This document shows, piece by piece, positions 55,971-64,000 of a stretch of DNA of 64,000 nt. The notes under the pieces are model-generated. The model searched no databases and was not told where the DNA came from. It worked only from the letters and a program-made list of their open reading frames with translations. Each line of letters begins with the position of its first letter. Positions within the stretch are counted from its first letter, which is position 1. This DNA is from an uncultured delta proteobacterium. Its GTDB lineage: Bacteria; Desulfobacterota; Binatia; UBA9968. The stretch covers positions 128,001-192,000 of the forward strand of contig CAWJZV010000015.1 in NCBI GenBank assembly GCA_963847445.1, read 5' to 3'. The translations under genes and the position numbers were made by a program.

Positions 55971-57014
55971 TCATTTGCGACCAACTTCCTGTAGCGTCTT
56001 GTGCCACCGTTCAAGCGTTTGCGCGTAGTCGTAGCTGCTCAGTCCCTGTTCCGGGTACCAACGCTTGAATGGGTATTCTTTACGCGCGCCGCCGTAGCCG
56101 AGTTTGTCGACGAGCAGCTTCTGGCCGTCCGGGCCGATGATAAAATCGATAAACAGCAAGGCAGCGTTGGGGCGTTGGGTATTCGCCAAGGCGGCGACGC
56201 TGCCGGCATTGACCGGCACCAAGTCCATGGGCAGCCAGCTAACCGGCGCGCCGCGCGCTGCCGCGAGCCGGATGTTGCTGTCGACCGCGGTAAACGTCAG
56301 CGGAACTTCGCCTGAAACGACCAGCTCGTTCAAGCCGAGGGCGGGTATGCTGTAGAGCCGACCTTCCTGGGCCGCGAGTTTTTTGACAAAGGCTTCACCC
56401 TTGGCACGCAGCATGGCGCCGACGACGCGCGCGCCAATTTCTTCGCCGCTGATGCCGATCTTGCCTTTGAGCGATGGCTTGAGCAGGTCGTCAAAGTTTT
56501 TCGGCACATCGGCGTCGCGGATCGCGTTGCGATTGTAGCCGACGCCGGGATAGGACTCACGGTCGACGGTGGCGTAAACCAAACCGCCGGGGGCCTTTTC
56601 TTTCGAGCCTTCGGGAAAGCCACCTAGATGCGCCGAATAGTAGGGCAAGAGCAACTTGTTGTCGCGCAACAGCATGATCGCGCCGGGCGTGGTTTCAATG
56701 GTATCGGCGAGATAGCGGCGCGCCGAACTTTCGCCCAGGATGCGCGTCGCTAAGTTGGTCGCCGGGGCGCGATAGAATTCAACGGTTACGCCTGGATACT
56801 TGGTTTCGAAAGTCTTGGCGACTTCTTTGTAAGTGCTTAAGGACGTGTACCAGACGAGTTTGCCTTCCTTCTTGGCACCGTCATAGAGCAAACGCTCACG
56901 ATCGGCGCCAGAATATTTGGCCAATTCAACGGCGCTCGTCGCACGCGGCGTTTGACACCAACCATTTCCCCATAAGCCAGCTACGATGATGATGGCAATT
57001 AGTAAACGCGGCAT
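55971..57014 (-). CDS. ABC transporter substrate-binding protein (Fe3+/thiamine-like clan)
   Basis: Signal peptide; AKKEGKLVWYTS, PKNFDDLL, PNAALLFIDF. Confidence 0.85.
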   Translation of the reverse strand: MPRLLIAIIIVAGLWGNGWCQTPRATSAVELAKYSGADRERLLYDGAKKEGKLVWYTSLSTYKEVAKTFETKYPGVTVEFYRAPATNLATRILGESSARRYLADTIETTPGAIMLLRDNKLLLPYYSAHLGGFPEGSKEKAPGGLVYATVDRESYPGVGYNRNAIRDADVPKNFDDLLKPSLKGKIGISGEEIGARVVGAMLRAKGEAFVKKLAAQEGRLYSIPALGLNELVVSGEVPLTFTAVDSNIRLAAARGAPVSWLPMDLVPVNAGSVAALANTQRPNAALLFIDFIIGPDGQKLLVDKLGYGGARKEYPFKRWYPEQGLSSYDYAQTLERWHKTLQEVGRK

Positions 57015-57102
57015 GTTGCCTCCAGATATTGCTAACGAGACGCGGAGAAATGCGCTTCCTCTACGAACTCAGGGGTAAAAATGTTACCTTAGGTTGTTAC
57101 CG

Positions 57103-58068
57103 TTACACCTTAAAACCATGCTCGCGGTACCACTTCTCCGCGCCGGGATGGAGCGGGACGTCGCGCGGCGTGGCGTCGGTGTTTTCGCCCAACTGGCCGA
57201 TGCCGGTGTAGGAATCCTCCCAAAACATTTGCTCTTTGCGCGCGTCCAGTGCGTCGCAGATTTTGTAGGCGTCGTCATCGGGCAACGAAGCGCGGGTGTA
57301 GATCGGCCAGCCGCTGTAGTCGATGCAGGTATGGTCTTGATCTAGTCCTTTGAAGCGGCCCGGCTTGATGGTGTATTTGCGCCAGCCCAGGCCGTCGACC
57401 AGATATTTGAAGGCGTGGTCGTCGAGGGTGATCGGTTGCAAACCGGCGGCCAATGCGGTCTCGAACCAGAGCGGTAAACCCTCGTCAAAGACCGCGTCGA
57501 CGGTTTGATCTCGCAACGCCTTCAAACGACGCTCGTCGCCGGGGCCGCCGTTCAACTGAAAACTACCGCCCCAAGACTCGATGTCCTTGAGTGTCATGTC
57601 ATAAGCGGCAAGCGTCTGGTCGACCAGCACGCGGGTCGAATGGGTCGCGTCTTCGCGGATCGATAAACGCAGCGGATATTTCTTTTGCTTGATTTCAGCC
57701 AGCGATTTAAGCCCGGTGCGCGGGTGAATCAAGTAAACGAAATGGTCGAGAGATGGATAGACGGCGATGATGCGCACCGGCAGCGGCTGGGGAAATAGTC
57801 CGGTGCCGCGGTAAGCTTGGGTGAGCAATCCCGATGGATTGATCATCGCCGCTTCCAAGTCGCCGCGGCAAATGCCGTGCGCCAAGATCGGCGAGCCGGT
57901 GGACAGGCGCAGCCAGGGCTTGATGGTTTCATTGGAGCCGCTGCCGACGGTGATGCAGATATCGCGCGGACCGTCGTAGGGCGTGTTGGGGTTGCCGGCG
58001 ATGTGCAGACCGATCTCCCACAGCATCAAGGCTCGTTGAAAGTTGGCGCCGCGCGGTAATGGTTCCAT
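57103..58068 (-). CDS. TAXI-like solute-binding-fold protein, no signal peptide
   Basis: GIKS-like LKSLAEIK, YKICDAL, VPLHPGAEKWYRE C-terminus. Confidence 0.75.
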   Translation of the reverse strand: MEPLPRGANFQRALMLWEIGLHIAGNPNTPYDGPRDICITVGSGSNETIKPWLRLSTGSPILAHGICRGDLEAAMINPSGLLTQAYRGTGLFPQPLPVRIIAVYPSLDHFVYLIHPRTGLKSLAEIKQKKYPLRLSIREDATHSTRVLVDQTLAAYDMTLKDIESWGGSFQLNGGPGDERRLKALRDQTVDAVFDEGLPLWFETALAAGLQPITLDDHAFKYLVDGLGWRKYTIKPGRFKGLDQDHTCIDYSGWPIYTRASLPDDDAYKICDALDARKEQMFWEDSYTGIGQLGENTDATPRDVPLHPGAEKWYREHGFKV

Positions 58069-58277
58069 GATATGACCTCCAGACTGTTTTGCTGGATATA
58101 AACACAAATAGCCTGGCGCGGTAAAGCCGCAATAAAGAATTAGCCGCAAAAAATCTAGCGCGGCGAAGCTGCAACCAAATGGGATAGAATTTTTACCACG
58201 AAGTGTTTCATGAGCTTACGCTCGTCTACAGAAAATGAAAATGGCGCGGATTCCCTCCATAAGCGGTCTGCTTGACG

Positions 58278-58355
58278 CGTCATTCCCGCCCACGCGGGAA
58301 TCCAGGTTTGGTCTGCGGCCAATTAGCCTGGATACCCGCTTTCGCGGGTATGACG
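58278..58355. repeat. GTCAT-type REP doublet
   Basis: CGTCATTCCCGCCCACGCGGGAATCCAGG..CCTGGATACCCGCTTTCGCGGGTATGACG. Confidence 0.85.
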
Positions 58356-58404
58356 GAACCCCGGTGGTGGCGACCCTCCCCTTGCATGTATTTTCTAAGG
58401 AGGT

Positions 58405-58473
58405 CACGAAGGACACGAAGGTTTCGGAAAATTATTTCTCCGAGCTTCTTGCCCTTCGTGTTCTTCGTGGTGA
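58405..58473. repeat. CACGAAG-unit palindromic repeat
   Basis: TCACGAAGGACACGAAGG..CCTTCGTGTTCTTCGTGGTGA; further half copies near 58196 and 58600. Confidence 0.7.
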
Positions 58474-58640
58474 GATAGATTTTTTCATTGAGCGCGACTA
58501 CTTACGGACACCGGTCAGGAAAATTTGCGCAAGCTTCGCAAACTGTGAACTATTGCAACGCAAAGTCCACAAAAACGATTCTACCTTGTCCTTGGTGATC
58601 TTCGTGGTGAATTATGTCAAAACAAAGGACTGTATTTACC

Positions 58641-59042
58641 ATGGCATTCAATTCACAGGCGTTGCTCGCCAATCTTAACGAACGGGAACGAATCCACGGC
58701 CATCATTCACCTGAGGGGCAGGCGATTCGCTTGCTTGGCCGCGCGCTCAGCGGTTGGTCGTCGGAAAATTTGGCGGCTACCGATGTCGTGGTCCTGTGTC
58801 GGCAGGCGGTGGAGGATTGGTTGAAACAGCGCTTGAAGCGGTTGCCGTGGTCGGTGTCGACCTTGACCGAATTGTCGGCGGCGGCGGTTAGTGCCGGATT
58901 GCTTTCTCAGAGCGAAGCCGAGCACTTACAAAGGCTGGACAATTTGAGCGCGCAGTCGAGAGCCGGCGCGCTCATCACCAGTCGAGATCGAAGCACGCTG
59001 TTGGAAACGACAATCGCAATCGTCGAGCAGCACTGGTCATGA
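58641..59042 (+). CDS. Hypothetical helical protein (HEPN-like)
   Basis: CRQAVEDWLK pattern; ATGA overlap with the MFS gene. Confidence 0.5.
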   Translation: MAFNSQALLANLNERERIHGHHSPEGQAIRLLGRALSGWSSENLAATDVVVLCRQAVEDWLKQRLKRLPWSVSTLTELSAAAVSAGLLSQSEAEHLQRLDNLSAQSRAGALITSRDRSTLLETTIAIVEQHWS

Positions 59043-60466
59043 CCCAAGGGCAAATCAACTGGCTGCTGCTCAGCAACGCGGCGTTGGGAAATTTTCTCGC
59101 CGGTACTTCGAGCCGGATCTTTTCGGTGTCGCTGCCGACGGTGGCGAACAGCTTGGAAACCACCATCGTCGGCATTTCCTGGGCGGTGATCTCCTATCAA
59201 ATTTCCCAGATCAGTCTGTCGTTGATCTTTGGCCGGATCGGCGATATCTACGGCCGCCACACATTATTCGGTTTGGGTTTGCTGGTCTCGTCGCTGGCAT
59301 CGCTGGCCTGCGGCTTGTCGCAGAACGTCACCCAGTTAATCATCTTTCGCATGTTCCAGGGCGTCGGCGCGTCGATGACCCAATCCCAGGGGCGGGCGCT
59401 GGCGCTCGAAGCGATGCCCAAAGAATCCTCCGGCAAGGCGCAGGGGTTCATGACCACGGCATTTCATACCGGCGTCCTGATCGGCCCGAGCCTCGGCGGT
59501 TTGATCATCGACTATATTCATTGGCGCGCGATATTTTTCTTTCTGATCCCGATCGCTATGTGCGCCATGGCGTTGACGTTGGTGAATCGTGCCAAAGGCA
59601 ACGTGCCGCCACCGGCGCCGGTGGCCGACCGCAGCGTCGATTATTTGGGGCGCGCTGTTGCTGATCGGCGCGACCATCGCTTTGATCGCCGCCGTCGATC
59701 ACCGCATCATGGAGTCGCTTGCGCCGGCTGCTGCGAGTGGCGTCTTGTGGTTGCCTTCTTCGTCGTCTTCAGCGGTTTTCTCTACCGGGAGAAAACCACG
59801 CCGAGCCCGATCCTCGATCTATCGCTGTTTCGCATTCGCATGTTCACACTGAGTGGTCTGGCGCTGCTGCTCGTCGGTGTCGCCCAGGTGATGATCGGTT
59901 TCGTCTTGCCGTTTTACCTGCAAGACGTGCTCAATTTGAAACCTTCTTTCATAGGCTTACTGTTCGTCAGCGCGCCGATCTTTACCGTGACGCTTTCGCC
60001 GTTGGTCGGCTGGGCGGTGGACAAGGTCGGGCCGCGTTTACCGGCGACGGCAGGCATTGCGTTTCTCGCCTGCGCCGGCTTCGTCGGCTCTTATCTGCGC
60101 ACCGACTCCCATTGGTTGTCCGCGGTGCTGGTCCTCGGCTTATGGGGACTGGCGACATCGCTATTTTTTACCTCGAACCACACGGCGATGATTACCTCGG
60201 TGCCGACGCAGCATCGCGGCGTCGCCACCGGGGCGATCTATGTGATGTTCGGCTTGGGCACGACGTTCGGCGTATCTCTCGGCACCATGCTATTGACCGC
60301 ATCGTTCCGTTACTTCACCGGCGATCCGACCGCAACAGCGACCGCGGCCAACCCGGAGATGTTCGTGCGCTCGATGAACTTCAGCTTCATGATCGGCGGA
60401 TCTATGGCGCTGTTGGCGATGCTGTTGTCCGCGCTGCGCGGCGAGCGCCGCGTTGCCACTTATTGA
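59039..60466 (+). CDS. MFS transporter (DHA2-like); compensating frameshifts near 59650-59740
   Basis: GRIGDIYGR motif A, RMFQGVG, GPSLGG, WRAIF, PILDLSLFR. Confidence 0.9.
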   Translation: MTQGQINWLLLSNAALGNFLAGTSSRIFSVSLPTVANSLETTIVGISWAVISYQISQISLSLIFGRIGDIYGRHTLFGLGLLVSSLASLACGLSQNVTQLIIFRMFQGVGASMTQSQGRALALEAMPKESSGKAQGFMTTAFHTGVLIGPSLGGLIIDYIHWRAIFFFLIPIAMCAMALTLVNRAKGNVPPPAPVADRSVDYLGRAVADRRDHRFDRRRRSPHHGVACAGCCEWRLVVAFFVVFSGFLYREKTTPSPILDLSLFRIRMFTLSGLALLLVGVAQVMIGFVLPFYLQDVLNLKPSFIGLLFVSAPIFTVTLSPLVGWAVDKVGPRLPATAGIAFLACAGFVGSYLRTDSHWLSAVLVLGLWGLATSLFFTSNHTAMITSVPTQHRGVATGAIYVMFGLGTTFGVSLGTMLLTASFRYFTGDPTATATAANPEMFVRSMNFSFMIGGSMALLAMLLSALRGERRVATY

Positions 60467-60527
60467 ACGCTTTTCGATTCCAAGCGAAGGTGTTCTGAAA
60501 TTGTTGACTCAAAGTCGACTCTCTTTC

Positions 60528-60606
60528 CGTCATTCCCGTGTAAACGGGAATCCAGGCTTTCTGCCATCCCCGCCGCCCCTGGATGCCGGCCTGCGCCGGC
60601 ATGACG
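60528..60606. repeat. GTCAT-type REP doublet
   Basis: CGTCATTCCCGTGTAAACGGGAATCCAGG..CCTGGATGCCGGCCTGCGCCGGCATGACG. Confidence 0.85.
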
Positions 60607-60711
60607 GACTTTCACGTCGCCTGAAGTTGATAGGTTTTAACTAGTCGCGACAAAATCAAGCTTGCGCCGACATGGAAGTTTAGTTATCTACGGCTCGGGG
60701 AGGAACTTGCG

Positions 60712-61503
60712 ATGACTGCACCTGGGTTATTTAAGAGCCTATTTTTTGCTCTGTTGGTTTTGTCGGCTGGCTGTTCCAAAGAAGAAAGCCGCGCGCCGGC
60801 GCAGCCTTCCGAGCCGCCGGCCGTGGCAGCAGCGCCAAGCACGCCGGCAACCCCGACGCCAAACAATTCGACTCCCGGGCAGGGGGTTGGCACGATCACC
60901 GGCAAAGTTGTGTTCAAAGGCACTCATGCGTCGGGTAAAGTGACCATCGGCAAAGATAAGGAAGTCTGTGGCGACTCCAAGCTCGATCCGGTGCTCGTGG
61001 TTGGGAGCCAAGGCGAAGTCAAAAACGCGGTGATCCAGATCGCTGACTTGAAGCGGGCGGACAGCGTGCCCAAAGAAGCGGTGCTCGATCAGGTGCAGTG
61101 CGAGTATGTGCCGCATGTGTTAGCGATTCCTGTCGGCGCTACGGTCAAGATCAAAAATAGTGACGGGATCTTACATAACGTCCACACCTTCAGTGAGAAG
61201 AATACTCCGTTCAACCGGGCGCAGCCGAAGTATCTGAAGGAAATCAGCGAGAAGTTTAGCAAGCCGGAAGTGGTCTCGGTGCGCTGCGACGTCCACGCTT
61301 GGATGAGCGGTTGGATTGTTGTCACCGAGAGTCCTTTTTATGACGTGACCTCCGCCGACGGCAGCTTCAAGCTGGAAAGTGTCCCGGTGGGAAAATACAC
61401 GCTGGAGGTTTGGCATGAGACCTTGGGTAAGACCACCCAGTCCGTCGAAGTGAAGTTGGCGGAAGTGACTAACGTGACTTTCGAGTTCCAGATGAAAAAG
61501 TAA
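60712..61503 (+). CDS. Lipoprotein with cupredoxin-like and carboxypeptidase-regulatory-like domains
   Basis: Lipobox SAGC; DQVQCEYVPHV, NSDGILHNVH, CDVHAWM, WHE. Confidence 0.8.
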   Translation: MTAPGLFKSLFFALLVLSAGCSKEESRAPAQPSEPPAVAAAPSTPATPTPNNSTPGQGVGTITGKVVFKGTHASGKVTIGKDKEVCGDSKLDPVLVVGSQGEVKNAVIQIADLKRADSVPKEAVLDQVQCEYVPHVLAIPVGATVKIKNSDGILHNVHTFSEKNTPFNRAQPKYLKEISEKFSKPEVVSVRCDVHAWMSGWIVVTESPFYDVTSADGSFKLESVPVGKYTLEVWHETLGKTTQSVEVKLAEVTNVTFEFQMKK

Positions 61504-61620
61504 GGCGCGAACGTTCGCGCTTCACCGCCGGCCCGGTTGCCTCGACGGAACGCACCGCGAGATAATTCTCCGCAAATAGACATTCTGCGCCAGTCGGGCT
61601 ATGGATAAAGCTTCATCGTC

Positions 61621-62906
61621 ATGAGTGCAGGCTTTACATCTTGGCTCGCTAATCTGAAGCAGTACAGCTTAGTGGCTCTTGGTTTCATCCACATCGGCGT
61701 CGGCCGCGGTTTGCACGGCACTTTCGGGGTATTCTTCGTCGCATTGCTCGACGCTTTCGGCTGGTCGCGCGCGGTGACCGCGGGCGCGCTGTCGCTGTCG
61801 ATCATGGTGGAAGGTATTTGCCACCCGGTGGTGGGGACGTTGACCGATAAGCTCGGCGGTCGCAAGACTTTGATCCTTGGCGGTTTAGTCTTGACAACCG
61901 GGTTGGCTTTCTGTGCCACCATCGATTCGGTATGGAGCTTTTACTTTTGGGTCGGCATTGTCTCGGCGGCGGGCATATCGCTCATCGGCATGGTGCCCCA
62001 TGTGGCGATCATCTCGCGTCATTACGCGCACCGCAAAGCGACGGCGCTGGGAATCGCCTGGGCCGGCGGCGGTGTGGGAATTTTTCTCCTGGTGCCGGCG
62101 ACCGCGGCGATGGTCAGCCATTGGGGCTGGCAATCGGCGTATTTCGGTCTGGCGTTGCTCGTGCTGGTGGTCGTCATACCGCCGGTGTTCTGGCTGATTC
62201 CAACCGACTATGAAACGCCCAATCATGAACAGGCTGCCGGCCATGGTTCGAGCCATGGCAAAGCTCGCGCTGTCAGTGGCGACGCCGACTGGACGGTCAA
62301 GCAAGCGCTCACCAATAGTTCGTTTTGGTTGTTATTCACAGCTAGAGTGCTCGCCAGCCTGGGCAATCAAGTGATCGTTACCCATCAAGTGGCCCATGCG
62401 GTGGATGTCGGTTATCCGAAGATTTTCGCCGCGTCGATCTTCGGTATCATGGGTGTGGTCAGCATCATTGGACGGATCGGTTTCGGCTATCTCGCCGACG
62501 TCATGCGCCGGGAAGTGGTCTACACCTGGGTGCAACTAGTGTCGGCGGTCGGCACCTTGGCGCTGATGGCGACCACCGACAATTCGCTGCCGGTGTTTCT
62601 GTACATCTACGCGGTGTTTTACGGCTTGGGCCAGGGATCGCGGGCGCTGGTGCTGTCGGCGATTTCGATTGACGTCTTTCAAGGGCAAGACATTTCGGCG
62701 CGATCTTCGGTTACTTTACCTTCAGCGTCGGCGTCGGCGGCGCCATCGGCGCCTGGCTTGGCGGGTATCTCTTCGACGTTACGCGCAGTTACATGGTGGC
62801 ATTTTCGATCTCGCTTGCCTGTTTGATCGTTTCGATATTCGTAGTTTGGCTGAGCACGCGTAACAGTCAGAAGACAGAATGCAAGCTAAAGGAACTGACA
62901 GTATGA
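61621..62906 (+). CDS. MFS transporter (OFA/MCT-like); frameshift near 62690
   Basis: FGWSRA, GTLTDKLGGR, GRIGFGYLAD; shifted frame ends at 62906. Confidence 0.88.
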
Positions 62907-63521
62907 TTCAACTCTACACTTGGGGCACACCCAACGGCAAAAAAGTTTCGATTATGTTGGAGGAGGTTGGGCTTACCGTATGAAGTCCACGCCATCAACA
63001 TCGGCCAGAACGATCAGTTCAAACCGGAATACCTGGCGATCAATCCCAACAACAAGATCCCGGCGATCATCGATCCGGACGGCCCCGGCGGCAAGCCGCT
63101 CAAGCTTTTCGAATCCGGCGCGATCCTCATGTATCTGGCGGAAAAATCCGGCAAGCTCTGGCCCGCCGACCTGGCGCAGCGCTATACCGTGATTCAATGG
63201 CTGATGTTTCAGATGGGCGGGGTCGGACCGATGTTCGGCCAGGCCAATTATTTCTTCCGTCTGGAAGAAAAAGTCCCCTACGCCATCGAACGTTTTCACA
63301 AGGAAGCCAAGCGGCTCTACAACGTGCTCAATCAGGAACTCGGCCAGCATGAATATCTCGCCGGCGAATATTCGATTGCCGATATCGCGACCTACCCTTG
63401 GGTGTGGCGCCACGATGGCCACCATGTGACGTTGGAAGAGTATCCCAATGTGAAGCGCTGGTACGAGCAGATCGGCCAACGACCGGCGGTGCAGCGCGGC
63501 ATGGAAATTCCGAAGAAGTAA
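62903..63521 (+). CDS. Glutathione S-transferase (YfcG/YghU-like); frameshift near 62966
   Basis: TPNGKK, INPNNKIPAI, FESGAIL, GPMFGQ, YSIADIA. Confidence 0.9.
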
Positions 63522-63583
63522 ACAATCGTGATCATGTTCGTGGCTGTCGTGCTTCTGATCGTTGCACATGAAAGGGAAAAGCC

Positions 63584-64000
63584 ATGGCCAAGCAGCAGAA
63601 AATCGAGAAGCCGCGCGCCGAGTGGGGCTCGGATGTCATCGTCGATGCGCTCAAAGCCTTCGAGATCGAATATATCGCGATCAATCCGGGGGCGACCTTC
63701 CGTGGCTTGCACGACTCGCTAGTTAACTACGGCGGCAATCATGCGCCGGAGATCATTCTCTGCAATCACGAAGAGATCGCCGTGGCGTTGGCTCACGGCT
63801 ACGCGCGCGCCAAGAGGCAGGCCGATGGCCGCCGCGGTGCATAACGTCGTCGGTCTGCAGCATGCGTCGATGGCGATTTACAACGCCTGGGCTGACCGGC
63901 TGCCGGTCATCGTCCTGGGCGGCACGGGTCCAATGGATTCGGCCAATCGCCGGCCCTGGATCGACTGGGTGCATACCGCCAACGTGCAAGGCAATCTGGT
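63584..64000 (+). CDS. Thiamine-pyrophosphate-binding enzyme (3'-truncated; frameshift near 63815)
   Basis: GSDVIVD, NPGATFRGLHDS, HEEIAVALAHGYA. Confidence 0.85.

Noticed and set aside
58216-58678. ORFs over the REP mosaic (also 30643-31014 and 60402-60644)
   Set aside because: They are translations of palindromic repeats, not genes.

Overview
This is a 64-kb, GC-rich bacterial chromosomal window. Gene order and two lineage-typical hypothetical families suggest a Deltaproteobacteria-like organism, possibly Candidatus Binatia (inference only). Many genes, including essential ones such as pheT, carry single-base frameshifts, which are most likely long-read consensus errors. The first 13 kb are housekeeping: hflX, pgsA, tRNA-Val, thrS-infC-rpmI-rplT-pheST-ihfA-merR, tRNA-Pro, pcm, nlpD, a MetE-like gene and apt. 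The most interesting part is 13-32 kb. A DAB/MpsAB-type inorganic-carbon pump (an unusually long fused DabB, DabA/DUF2309 and a PII/SbtB-like protein) sits between purC and a divergent purE-purK, with thiC nearby, so it is surrounded by the enzymes of the AIR branch point. It is followed by a USP gene with a perfect CRP-type box, TerC/Alx, NhaR, MpsC (DUF2294), an ArsC/Spx-like gene with an in-frame TGA at the first Cys of CxxC (a candidate UxxC selenoprotein), and a UbiD with a non-canonical active site. The rest holds ALDH, SDR, pilT-pilU, an actinobacterial-type Sdh1 operon, a His-less GAF-HisKA protein, an RNase/barstar pair, orphan solute-binding proteins, MFS transporters and several families of short palindromic repeats. 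No rRNA, CRISPR array, transposase or prophage was seen.
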